A stretch of 64,000 nucleotides of DNA from Candidatus Hydrogenedentota bacterium (GCA_963668025.2 CAXXTH010000010.1:320001-384000); one strand, 5' to 3'; positions 1-10,129 are shown, counted from the first letter of the stretch. Numbers and translations are program-made. Notes: generated by a model from the letters alone, not told the origin.

Positions 1-3000
1 AGCGTGAGCGTCACCGGATCGGCCGTGAGATTCTTCACGCCAATGAACGAGGACGCATTCAACACGGGCGGATATGCGCCATCGGCTGGCGCATTATCGT
101 GGAAATACGGGGCTGCAAGTACGTTTTCACCTGCCGTGCTTTGCAGGGTGTAGGCGCTCATAGAGCCGTTCGAGGAGATCGTGAGCAGGCGACCAGCAAT
201 AGAGCCTGTTGCCGTAATAACCGCGCTGCCACCGACGCCCAGCGCCATGTCAGGCACATCCGCGTACTCAATCGCCGGGTCACGCCGCGCCGGACGCCAT
301 GACGCCGAGCCTCTCGCCGGGATCGTATACGTGTTCACGGCAGGAGTCGCGTCCACATTTCCGATAGTGGTGTAGGAAATGGTGAGCGTCACGGGCGCAT
401 TCGAGAGGTTCTTCACTCCAATATAACTGGCGGACCCCATGCTTGGGTAGATGCTGCCTTCCACCGGGGCGTTATCCATGAAGTAAGGAACCACTAGGCT
501 CGTAGCACCTTCACCGCTCATGGTGTAGGCATATTGCCCACCCGTTTTCGCCAGGCACAGTACGCGGCCCGCGAGATAGCGCCCGCCGGTGATGAACGCG
601 CTGCCAATGCCGCCGGCCATCATGTTAGGCACGGACACCCCGAGGCCTTCGAGGTTCGGATCATCCTTCGTAGGCCGGTAGGAGAACGACATCCAATTCT
701 GGAGATCAAAGCCGTTCAAGGCCGGGGTTTGGTCGACGCTGGTTATATTTGCATACCACACACGCAGTTGCGCTGCCGCTGTATCCGTGTTCAGTATGCC
801 GAGATAGGTGGACATGCCTTTCGTGGGGAATATCTCACCGCCCACAGGCGATGAATCCATGAAGAAGGGCGCAATCAACTGCTCGGAGCCTTGCATGCCC
901 GGCAGCGTATACGCGCTTTGGGAGCCGTTGGACGCTATGGCAAGCAAGCGCCCGGCAATGGGGCCCGTCGAGCAGATCATGGCGTTGCCCATGAAGCCCG
1001 TGGTCATGTCGGGTATGGCGGCCGCCACGCCTTCGATGGCCGCATCGTTTCGGCAAGGCCGCCACGACAGCCCTTCGTACGCATTCAACACATACGTGTT
1101 GGCGTCCGGCGTACGATCTTCACCATTCAGATTCGTGTAGTAAATGGTGAGCGTATTCGGCGCATCCACAAGGTTCTTCACCCCGATAAAGGCCTGGCTG
1201 CCAGAACTGCCCGGCGTAAGGCCTTCCGCAGGTGCGTTGTCTTGGAAGTACGGCACGGAAAGGCCCAAACTGCGCGAACCTTCAAAATCGACGTCTTCCT
1301 GATCCGCATCCAGCGAGTCGAAAACCTCTTTATCCGGCTGGAACCGGTAGGTCCATAGCTCGACCCGGACTTCATAACGGCCTGCCTCCAGGTCCGCGAA
1401 GGAGTAAGCGCCCGTGGCATCCGGGGATGTTTCCGCATCCGCATCGCCCGACAGAATCACTTTGGCTGCCGTGACGCTTCCCGCATCCTGCAGCGACACA
1501 TGGCCGCTGATCGTGTAGGTGACGCCCGCCAGAACCGTGGCCGAACCGGAAGCGCTCCATTCACTGTATAAACCTTGCTCTTGGACATACAGCGTATGGT
1601 TGCCGCGCGACAGGTCTTCCAAAGGCTGATACTGCAACGCCGTGGTTTCCGTCCAAGGCCCGGCGGCGCTATCGAGCGCGTACCGGTATTGTCCGACGCC
1701 ATTGCCGCCGGAGACCCATGTCCATGTCGGACGCAGCTCCGGGGTCGATTCCGGAGCGGATACGACAGGCGCTTGAGCTGTCGGCAGGATGGTCAGACGG
1801 AAAATGCCCAGAGCGGGAAGTGCGCCATCGGCTCCGCCATCTGACACCGAGAAGCGGAAGGTGTCCAGCGTTCCCGCAGAGCCATTGTGGGCATATTGCA
1901 CCAGGCCCGCGTTGATATCGGTCTGCGTAAACGTGGAAATCGCCACGCCAGGATTGCTCACAGCCTCCACTTGGCCCTTGACTGGGGCCGTCGTGACCAT
2001 GTACACAAGCCCTTCAACAGCACTATCCGTATCCATGGCTTGCAACATAGCGCCCGTAATCACCACCGACTGGCTGTTCAGCACGCTCGCGCCCGTATTC
2101 ACGCTCACGACCGGCCCATCGTTGGCAGGCGTTACCGTGATGGTAAAGACGCCCGTGGCGGGAACCGCGCCATCTTCACCGCCATCAGCGGCGCTGAAGC
2201 TGAAACTGTCCGCCGTGGTTTCAGTGCCATTATGGGTGTACACAATCGCACCCGCATCCAGTTCGGCCTGGGTGAAACTCTTGATCGACGCTCCAAGCGT
2301 TCCCGCACGGCGCAGCCAGCCATGGGCGGGCGAAGCCGTGATGGTGTACGTGATGCTGGCGGAATCATCATCCGGATCCGCCACACGGAGCATCGAATTA
2401 TTAAGCGTAACCGCCTGGCCCTCCACCACGGCCGCTCCTGTATTCACCGACACCACGGGGCTGTCGTTGACCGGCGTCACCGTGATAAGGAAATCTCCCG
2501 TGGCGGGCGCGGCGTCATCTTCGCCGCCATCAGCCAGCGAGAAGCTGAAGCTGTCGGAGGTGGCTTCATCGCCATTATTGCGGTATAGCACCGTATTGGC
2601 GTCGATGTCCGCCTGGGTGAAGCTCGATACCGGTGCATTTGGCGCAGTAGTGAGTTCCACCTGGCCGTGAAGCGGCCCGCTCGTGATCGTGAAGACTAGC
2701 CCCGCGCCGCTGTCATCGGGATCCAAGCCGCTCAAGCGTGCGCTGGTGATGAGCGCCGCGCCGCCTTCCAACACGGTGGCGACGGTGTTCACGCCGATGG
2801 CGGGCGGATCATTGAGCTGAACAATGGCAAAGCTGCCCGATTCCGACCAGTTACCGGCATCATCGCGCTCTTGCACATACAAGGTGTGCGGCGCTTCGGT
2901 CACGGGTGTGCCGGGTGTATAACTCAAATCCGTGGTTTCAGTCCATCCGGATTCCACATCCATGGCGTAGCGGTATGTGCCGCTGCCATTTCCGCCGCCG

Positions 3001-3590
3001 GATGTCCAGCTCCAAGTGGGCGTCGTGTCATACGTGGGCGTATCGCCTGTCACACTCGGCGCATCTGGCGGCGTGGTATCTATTTCGATGGTGAAACTGC
3101 CGGTATCGGACCAATTCCATGACCCATCGCGTTCCTGCACTTCAAGGATGTAGCTTCCATCCGCGAGGGCGGAAACCGGCGTATAACTCGTTTCCGTGGT
3201 CTCGACCCAGTCGCCGCCATCAAACGAATAGCGGAAAGCGCCCGAGCCGCCTAAGCTGCCTGTCCAAGTCCAGGTGGGCGTGGGATCGTTCGTAAGGGCG
3301 TCACCGGAGACGTCCGGTGCGCCGGGGGGAGCTGTGTCCAGCCAAAGGGGCATGGCCCAGCACAAGGCGTCCGCCGTGGCTAGATCCGCTCCATCTGGCG
3401 ATACGCCGCCCAGCAGCACCTCCGCTTCCGTGGTTTGGAAGGATGCGGAGCACCATTGGGAGGTACCGGCGAGATATAACACTGCACTATCGGCATTTGC
3501 GTTATCTGCACTAGCTAAGCCACTCAAGCTAAAGGCCAGCATAAATATCAACACCATCAGACATCTCGCCGTATCGTCTGTTTGTCGCAT
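1..3590 (-). CDS. Large secreted surface protein, 3'-partial (>1,190 aa): signal peptide, three Ig-like repeats, three cadherin/CSPG-like repeats and at least four ~127-aa C-terminal repeats
   Basis: Absent from the ORF track because no stop lies in the window. Manual translation from ATG 3590 (AAGGAG upstream) gives MRQTDDTARCLMVLIFMLAFSLSGLASA..., and the frame matches the codons read at base 3. Motifs: TPTWTW..YRY..W.ET..QERD.GNWS; FTQADID..V.Y.HNG.E...DSF.FS..DG; VPYF.DNAP..IGVKNL. Confidence 0.85.
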   Translation of the reverse strand, partial: MRQTDDTARCLMVLIFMLAFSLSGLASADNANADSAVLYLAGTSQWCSASFQTTEAEVLLGGVSPDGADLATADALCWAMPLWLDTAPPGAPDVSGDALTNDPTPTWTWTGSLGGSGAFRYSFDGGDWVETTETSYTPVSALADGSYILEVQERDGSWNWSDTGSFTIEIDTTPPDAPSVTGDTPTYDTTPTWSWTSGGGNGSGTYRYAMDVESGWTETTDLSYTPGTPVTEAPHTLYVQERDDAGNWSESGSFAIVQLNDPPAIGVNTVATVLEGGAALITSARLSGLDPDDSGAGLVFTITSGPLHGQVELTTAPNAPVSSFTQADIDANTVLYRNNGDEATSDSFSFSLADGGEDDAAPATGDFLITVTPVNDSPVVSVNTGAAVVEGQAVTLNNSMLRVADPDDDSASITYTITASPAHGWLRRAGTLGASIKSFTQAELDAGAIVYTHNGTETTADSFSFSAADGGEDGAVPATGVFTITVTPANDGPVVSVNTGASVLNSQSVVITGAMLQAMDTDSAVEGLVYMVTTAPVKGQVEAVSNPGVAISTFTQTDINAGLVQYAHNGSAGTLDTFRFSVSDGGADGALPALGIFRLTILPTAQAPVVSAPESTPELRPTWTWVSGGNGVGQYRYALDSAAGPWTETTALQYQPLEDLSRGNHTLYVQEQGLYSEWSASGSATVLAGVTYTISGHVSLQDAGSVTAAKVILSGDADAETSPDATGAYSFADLEAGRYEVRVELWTYRFQPDKEVFDSLDADQEDVDFEGSRSLGLSVPYFQDNAPAEGLTPGSSGSQAFIGVKNLVDAPNTLTIYYTNLNGEDRTPDANTYVLNAYEGLSWRPCRNDAAIEGVAAAIPDMTTGFMGNAMICSTGPIAGRLLAIASNGSQSAYTLPGMQGSEQLIAPFFMDSSPVGGEIFPTKGMSTYLGILNTDTAAAQLRVWYANITSVDQTPALNGFDLQNWMSFSYRPTKDDPNLEGLGVSVPNMMAGGIGSAFITGGRYLAGRVLCLAKTGGQYAYTMSGEGATSLVVPYFMDNAPVEGSIYPSMGSASYIGVKNLSNAPVTLTISYTTIGNVDATPAVNTYTIPARGSASWRPARRDPAIEYADVPDMALGVGGSAVITATGSIAGRLLTISSNGSMSAYTLQSTAGENVLAAPYFHDNAPADGAYPPVLNASSFIGVKNLTADPVTLT

Positions 3591-3809
3591 CGCTTGCGTG
3601 CTCCTTTTACCCGTTGCTGTTGTGGCAATGGCGTGGATAAATCCACGCCGTGCCGCAAGCAGCCAGCCAGCATCGGCCATATTGCCCGGAAACCCATATA
3701 TTCGGGTTCATTACTTTCTCCTCACCTACCCATGCATTGGCGCGAGAACCCTGAATGCCCCAATGTTCTTCATACACATGGGCACAAAGAGCTTCTATGT
3801 TCTCATAAA

Positions 3810-6800
3810 CTAATGTGTATACTCTACTGTAATTACAGGTATTACGCCACTTTGATTTGATGTTGCGTTGGCATGTATAATAGTAATCACATCGCCCTCC
3901 ATGAAGCTTGTAGTGGCCAAGGTGGCTTCTTCGTTCGAGTCCGACACCAAAGCAAGGGGAGAAGCAAGCACCGACACTCCATTCACCTTCAAATCCAAAG
4001 TGCCGCCGGAAGCGACTCGGCTATAAACCTGGAAACAAATTATTTCACCAGCATATTTTGCTTTTTGCGACCATATGGTCCAGCCATTTTGTAGAGTATT
4101 AAGAGCGTTCCACGAACAGCTCCACGTATCCACATCGACGCTAGTGCCGCCGCCTCCATTCAGCTTTGTGCCGTCCCAATACAGATCACCTCCGTTGTTA
4201 TACAGCCGGTTCGTGGTGGTAGTGGGCGGATTAGTCGTGTCCGCGACCAGCACTGCGCCGTCCACATCGAGCGCTTCAGCGGGCGTGTCCGTGCCGATGC
4301 CCAAATGGCCAGCAAAATCAATGGCGACGTTCTGCCCGCCTTGCACCCGGAACGCAAGGCCATCGCCTACGACCCAGGTCTTGAAGTAGAAATCGTACGT
4401 CGTTCCTTGGTCGGCCCAACTGGAATTCTTGTGCCAGGAATTGCCAGCGGGATAGGTTTCACTGTAATCGGCTCGCGCAGTGACAGCTACCCCACTATGG
4501 TTCTCAATTAGGATATAAATCGATTGTCCTGCGGTCACCGCTGCCGGCGTGCTAAATTCCACGTTCAAATCCGTGAAAGACGCTTGATCAACCGTCACGG
4601 TTTCCACCGAGGAAAGCAGCGAGCCCGAGCCCGGAGTATTCCCGCTATAAATCGAGACATCGAGCGTACCGGCAGTAGCAGTGGGCCTTTTCGCTTGCAG
4701 AAGCACTTTGACTAGGCTACCTGTCAATTGAGGAACAACGACCTGGGCGCTCGATACGCCATTAGGCAGGCCCCAAGTAAACGAAGTCCCGCTGGATGTT
4801 TGCTGGTCTAGCTGAGTTGCCGCTACATCAATAGCCGCGCCGGGCGTGTCCTCGCCAATGCCTATCTGGCTGCCCATATCCATGAGGATATCATCGGTAA
4901 CGGTGACGGAACTGCTACCGAAGGTGCCTGTGTCCGCCGTGATAGAGCCTACGGTTACCGCATTGCTGGTCGTGGCGCCCGCATCGGTCACTTCATCCAG
5001 GGTCGGGGCGTTGGCCGAGCCGTAGAGCTCACTGCCATCCCAATAGAGCGAATCCCCAACACGATACAGGCGGTCATCCGTCGTGCTGAGTGTCGTTGTT
5101 GGCTCCGTGATCGTCATATACCCATCCGCGTTGACCGTCAAGGTATCAAACGACGAGCCGCCTATCGCCGTGCCGCCCCAGTAGAGGCTGCCGCCATTGT
5201 TATATAGCTTGCCCGCAATGGAAGCAGGAGCGCTGGTCGTATCCTGAATGTTTATAGCGCCATTCACATCTATGGCAGCGGAAGGAGTGCTTACGCCAAT
5301 GCCTAATTGCCCAGCGCTGTTGATGATGACATCTTGATCGCCTTGCACACGAAGCCTGGGTATTGCAGATTCAACCCATGTTTTGAAGTAAATATCATAC
5401 ATGGATTTCTCCGAAGCCCAGCTTCCATTATTATACCACATCAATCCTGATGTATACGTATTGGTATACTCTGTCCTTATCGCCAGCTTCACCGTGCTGT
5501 TGTTGGCTATCAGGATGTAAATGGCTCCTCCCGCGGCCACATCCGCCGGCGTGCTGAATTCTATGGATGTATCCGTGAGCGACGACTGGCTTACCTCCAC
5601 GGTTTCCACCGAAGACAGCAGCGAACCCGAACCGGGGGTGCTTCCGCTGTAGATCGAGACATCCAGGGTGGGAGTCGATGTGGGAGGCATGCCGCCCGAC
5701 GTAGGAATCTTTGTTTGCAAGAGCACTTTGGTCAATTGTCCGGTGGCTTGGGGAACAACCACCTGGGCAAACTTATATCCAACATTTATAGTCGATTCCT
5801 CCGACCCAGCTCCCGTGCCCGTCTGCTGGTCAACCGCGGCATCGCCTATGACGGTGCCGGCGACATCAAGGACCGCGCTAGGCGTATTCGTGCCGAGGCC
5901 GACGGAGCCGCCATCCGCGACAATGATGTCATCCGTGATGGTCACCGAACTCGTTCCAAAGGTGCCGGTGTCCGCCGTGATGGAGCCTACAGTCACGGCA
6001 TTATCAGTGGTGGCGCCTGCATCGGTCACTTCATCCAGCGTCGGGGCGTTGGCCGAGCCGTAAAGCTCACTGCCATCCCAATAGAGCGAATCACCGACGC
6101 GGTAGAGCCGGTCATCCGTGGTTCCGAGCGGCGTGGTCGGCTCCGTGATCGTCATATACCCATCCGCATTGACCGTCAAGGTATCGAAGGACGAGCCGCC
6201 TAATATCGTGTCGCCCCAGTAGAGGCTGCCGCCGTTATTATAGAGCCGGTTCGCCGTCGTTGACGGAGAAGTACCGGTGTCTAGGAAATACGCGAATCCT
6301 TTAACGGAAAGCACATCCGAAGACGGTACGACGAACGTCTTGAACCACGCATCAACGCTGCTGTATTCCGCCCATCCGGAGCCGAAATCCGCCCACGACG
6401 TTCCTCCCGAATATTGGTTAGTGGATGCATCCCACTCAATAGACGCTGATGGAGAAACAAGAATATAGTATTGTTGTGCCGCCACGACTGGGGCGGGCGT
6501 GGCAAATACGACCTCATATTCCGTTGAGCTGCCACTGGTCAGCGTGACTGTCTCCACCGAACTCAGCAAGCTTCCACTCGGCGGCGTATTTCCCGAATAA
6601 ATCGAAACGTTCACCGTGCATGTTGAATGCTGGTATCGCATGGCGAGTGTGCATTTAACCAGCGAACCCGAGTGTTCCGGCGTGAACACCTGGGCCACAT
6701 TCATGCCGCTGCCAAAACCAAATGTCGTACTATTGTTCGTATTTTGCTGGTCCGGAGTGTCGCCTGAGCCAAGCGAAGCCGCTCCAAACTGCACCGCATC

Positions 6801-9233
6801 GCTCGTTTGCACATCCTGGTCCATGGCGTACAGTTCGTTCGCGCCTTGGCCCGTATCCACGGTGCCCGATGTAACAGTGTTGAACGTAACGCCATCCGTG
6901 GTCCGCACATTCTGGTTCATCGCGTACAACTCGTTCGCGCCCTGGCCCGTATCGACCGTCGCGGCCGTGATGCCGTTTGTGGTCGTCGCGCCTTCGTCCG
7001 TCACCTGTTGCAACGTGGGGCCATTGGCCGAATCAAAGAGGGCGCTGCCGTTCCAGTAGAGCGAATCGCCAACACGGTAGAGGCGGTCGTCTGTTGTTCC
7101 TAATGGCGTGGTCGGCTCCGTGAGCGTGACATACCCGTCCGCGTTGACCGTCAGATTGTCGAACGATGAGCCGCCTATCGCCGCGCCATTCCAGTATAAG
7201 CTGCCGCCATTGTTATACAAGCGGTCTGTCGTGGTGGCGGGGGGATTAAGCGTGTCCGCGACCAGGACTGCGCCGTTCACATCGAGCGCCTCGGCGGGCG
7301 TTTCCGTGCCGATGCCGACGTTGCCATCGCCGTCAACCACGACCGAGCCTAGCCCTTCCAGTTTCAATATATCTCCATTGCTCCCCATGTAAGTCGCGAA
7401 ATACATATCAAGGGCGTTCAACATCGACCAAGCGCTTATCCAGCGCCACATCGTGCCGCCCTCATACACGCCTTCTCCCCCACCACTTGTGGCCGCCCTA
7501 AAAGTGCCCGAAACCTCCGTGATTACCGCGTGGTATGCCTGCCCCCCCGTGACGGCCGCGGGCGTACTAAACACAATGCTATATACTTCAAATGTAGTTT
7601 CCGTGATGTTCACCGTCTCCAACGATGACAACAAGGAACCCGAGCCAGGCGTGTTCCCGCTGTAAATCCCCACGGTGACTTGCGCCGTTCCGCTTGCTGC
7701 CCGCAGCTTCAGGTCCAATCGCACCATATCCCCCGTTTCACCCGCCGTGAAGGACTGTGCAAGGGGTGTATAATGGGGAAAATCATTGTCATCCAGAGAA
7801 GAAGATTGATCCATCAACAACGTGGACACCTGCAGCGGGGCCGTCGGCGTTTCGGTTCCGATGCCGACCTTGCCGCCCGATGCGACGATGATGTCGTCAT
7901 CAATCGTGACCGTATTCGTGCCAAACGCGCCGGTATCCGCGGTAATTGAACCTACTTCCACCGCGTTTGTGGTCGTCGCTCCGCGCCCTGTCACATTATC
8001 CAGCGTGTCCGCCTCAGTGACAGTGATGTCATCGGGAATATCAGAATCCGTTAAGCTCAACCGGGCCGAGGGCACCGTGCCGCTCTTCAATGCACCAGCA
8101 TCCACAGCACCCGAAGAGCTGATAGAAATCGTATCCGGCACATCCGAATCTCCCAGGCTCAACCGCGCCGAGGGCACCGTGCCGCTCTTCAATGCTCCTG
8201 CATCCACGGAGCCTGAGGAACTTAATGTGATGCTGTCCGGCACCTGGGCGTCCGTCACTGCGCCACCCAAGTTTTGCAGATTGTGGCCATGGGTCGTATC
8301 GGATTTCCCCGCCAGCGACGTATCTACTTCCGTTTTCGTATACGTGTCCGCCACATCCGCTTTATCCGCCAGCGACGTGTCCACTTCCGTCTTCGTATAT
8401 GTGTCCGCCACATCCGCTTTATCTGCCAGCGACGTGTCTACTTCCGTTTTCGTGTATGTATCCGTTACATCCGCTTTATCCGCCAGCGACGTGTCCACTT
8501 CCGTCTTCGTATATGTGTCCGCCACATCCGCTTTATCGCCTAACGACGTGTCCACTTCCGTCTTCGTATATGTGTCCGCTACATCCGCTTTATCCGCCAG
8601 CGATGTATCCACTTCCGTTTTCGTGTATGTATCCGCCACGTCCGCCTTATCCGCCAGCGATGTGTCCACTTCCGTTTTCGTGTATGTATCCGCCACATCG
8701 GCTTTCGCATCAAGCTGCGTCTGGATGCTGGCCGTCACGCCGTCCAGGAAGGCGAATTCATTATTATCGACCACGCCAGCGCCCACGCCCGATGCGTCCA
8801 CATGATCCGCCTCAGTGGAACGCAACGCATACGGCACGGCATTCACTTGCACCCGCTGCGGAAACACATCATCCAACGCATTGCCATCCGCCGGATCATC
8901 GGTATCCACCGCCAATTCATAAAAGAGCGTAGCCGTATCGAGGGCTGCCTCCGGTGGAGTGATGGCAAGAGAGAATACGCCACGCGCCGAGAGTGTGGCG
9001 GTTCCGGTAAGAGCGCTTCCTAGCAAATTGCCGTCCGTGGCGGCGTCAAAAAAACGCACCTGCCATGCCCTGCCACCCGTGAGCGGAGAGCCATCGGCTT
9101 TGGACAATTGGCCCTCGATCGTGATCGAGGAGGGTGTTTCCGCCGAACAGGGGAAAGCCAGCATTGTCATTACGGCGGCAATAAAAACAACCATGCCGCA
9201 CCGCGTGCCTATTGCACCCCAGTTTTTCATCAT
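3810..9233 (-). CDS. Secreted phage-tail-fibre-like adhesin (~1,807 aa)
   Basis: ORF 3810..9290; likely start ATG 9233 behind AAGGAG. Signal peptide ending AFPCSA, N-terminal domain ending VNAVPYALR, 7x19-aa YTKTEVD repeat, HxH motif, GNVGIGTxTP repeats and four homologous ~145-aa modules. Confidence 0.85.
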   Translation of the reverse strand: MMKNWGAIGTRCGMVVFIAAVMTMLAFPCSAETPSSITIEGQLSKADGSPLTGGRAWQVRFFDAATDGNLLGSALTGTATLSARGVFSLAITPPEAALDTATLFYELAVDTDDPADGNALDDVFPQRVQVNAVPYALRSTEADHVDASGVGAGVVDNNEFAFLDGVTASIQTQLDAKADVADTYTKTEVDTSLADKADVADTYTKTEVDTSLADKADVADTYTKTEVDTSLGDKADVADTYTKTEVDTSLADKADVTDTYTKTEVDTSLADKADVADTYTKTEVDTSLADKADVADTYTKTEVDTSLAGKSDTTHGHNLQNLGGAVTDAQVPDSITLSSSGSVDAGALKSGTVPSARLSLGDSDVPDTISISSSGAVDAGALKSGTVPSARLSLTDSDIPDDITVTEADTLDNVTGRGATTTNAVEVGSITADTGAFGTNTVTIDDDIIVASGGKVGIGTETPTAPLQVSTLLMDQSSSLDDNDFPHYTPLAQSFTAGETGDMVRLDLKLRAASGTAQVTVGIYSGNTPGSGSLLSSLETVNITETTFEVYSIVFSTPAAVTGGQAYHAVITEVSGTFRAATSGGGEGVYEGGTMWRWISAWSMLNALDMYFATYMGSNGDILKLEGLGSVVVDGDGNVGIGTETPAEALDVNGAVLVADTLNPPATTTDRLYNNGGSLYWNGAAIGGSSFDNLTVNADGYVTLTEPTTPLGTTDDRLYRVGDSLYWNGSALFDSANGPTLQQVTDEGATTTNGITAATVDTGQGANELYAMNQNVRTTDGVTFNTVTSGTVDTGQGANELYAMDQDVQTSDAVQFGAASLGSGDTPDQQNTNNSTTFGFGSGMNVAQVFTPEHSGSLVKCTLAMRYQHSTCTVNVSIYSGNTPPSGSLLSSVETVTLTSGSSTEYEVVFATPAPVVAAQQYYILVSPSASIEWDASTNQYSGGTSWADFGSGWAEYSSVDAWFKTFVVPSSDVLSVKGFAYFLDTGTSPSTTANRLYNNGGSLYWGDTILGGSSFDTLTVNADGYMTITEPTTPLGTTDDRLYRVGDSLYWDGSELYGSANAPTLDEVTDAGATTDNAVTVGSITADTGTFGTSSVTITDDIIVADGGSVGLGTNTPSAVLDVAGTVIGDAAVDQQTGTGAGSEESTINVGYKFAQVVVPQATGQLTKVLLQTKIPTSGGMPPTSTPTLDVSIYSGSTPGSGSLLSSVETVEVSQSSLTDTSIEFSTPADVAAGGAIYILIANNSTVKLAIRTEYTNTYTSGLMWYNNGSWASEKSMYDIYFKTWVESAIPRLRVQGDQDVIINSAGQLGIGVSTPSAAIDVNGAINIQDTTSAPASIAGKLYNNGGSLYWGGTAIGGSSFDTLTVNADGYMTITEPTTTLSTTDDRLYRVGDSLYWDGSELYGSANAPTLDEVTDAGATTSNAVTVGSITADTGTFGSSSVTVTDDILMDMGSQIGIGEDTPGAAIDVAATQLDQQTSSGTSFTWGLPNGVSSAQVVVPQLTGSLVKVLLQAKRPTATAGTLDVSIYSGNTPGSGSLLSSVETVTVDQASFTDLNVEFSTPAAVTAGQSIYILIENHSGVAVTARADYSETYPAGNSWHKNSSWADQGTTYDFYFKTWVVGDGLAFRVQGGQNVAIDFAGHLGIGTDTPAEALDVDGAVLVADTTNPPTTTTNRLYNNGGDLYWDGTKLNGGGGTSVDVDTWSCSWNALNTLQNGWTIWSQKAKYAGEIICFQVYSRVASGGTLDLKVNGVSVLASPLALVSDSNEEATLATTSFMEGDVITIIHANATSNQSGVIPVITVEYTH
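8316..8714 (-). repeat. 7 x 57-bp coding tandem repeat (LADKADVADTYTKTEVDTS)
   Basis: Visible in DNA and protein; mostly synonymous variation between units. Confidence 0.95.
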
Positions 9234-10129
9234 TCGTCTCCTTACCTGCTTGCGTATCCTTTTAAAATCCCACTTGTCCGTTCGCCACATTCACCAGCGA
9301 AGAGAGAAAAATAATATAATTAGCACTATCCGCAACGATTACATTTCGTAAAAAAAACCGATATGTGCCGAAAGTACAATTATCCAGGAGATGGCGATGA
9401 GGCATGGAAGCGAATGATTCGGGCATGTACTGGCGGGAGAAACGAAATACAGCCCGGCTGCCCTTCTGGGAAAGGCCCCGATTTGGAGGCATAAAAAAAT
9501 GAACTCTTCTTTGCGTGAGACGCCCCAGCCGAAAAAGGGCGACCCCCCTTCCACCATGACGCAATACTTGCATTTACCCACCCCTTGCGCCTGCGTGCTA
9601 TTCCACCCCAAATTACCTGATATCACGAAATCCAATAAAAACTTCGTTAAAAAACAATAATACCCCCTAATACAAATTACGCGAATATCGCAAATTATGC
9701 ATTCCTGCTTATAAAAAACAGTATATACACAACCCCCTCAAAAAGCAAGAGTTTATCAATACAGACAAATAATACACCATGAATTCAAACATTTTGACAA
9801 AAACCGTTTGATTCCATGCCGCTTCATAGATATAAGTGATTTTTAAAAAAAGAGTTAGAGCTAGAATACCGCACGGTATTTTCACCCTGCCGAATGAGGC
9901 GGAAAAGCTAAATCTAAACGCCCACTCATCTTATTTGAACAGAGAAATGCGAATGCATTCTGTTAAATATAGGCTATATGTAAAAATGAACATTATGGTA
10001 TCAGATAGGCCGTATCTGCCCTTGATTTTTCAAAGGCCTGCGGATTATTCACATTCTTATCTCATTCGCATATAATAGCTTCGGCTCGCCAGCTTGGTGG
10101 CGGAGCAATCGGTGGGAGCTCGGTGCGTC

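Noticed and set aside
1789-2670. Plus-strand ORFs over 1-9300 (e.g. 293 aa, 327 aa)
   Set aside because: Antisense shadows of the two minus-strand surface-protein genes.
4370-7820. Diversity-generating retroelement acting on the fibre modules
   Set aside because: Differences include indels and are not adenine-specific; no template repeat; the only RT trace is a group II intron remnant.
8316-8714. 57-bp repeats as a CRISPR array
   Set aside because: Head-to-tail, in frame, no unique spacers, no cas genes.
9240-10100. c-di-GMP riboswitch or tRNA in the long spacer
   Set aside because: No GEMM consensus or cloverleaf recognisable by eye.
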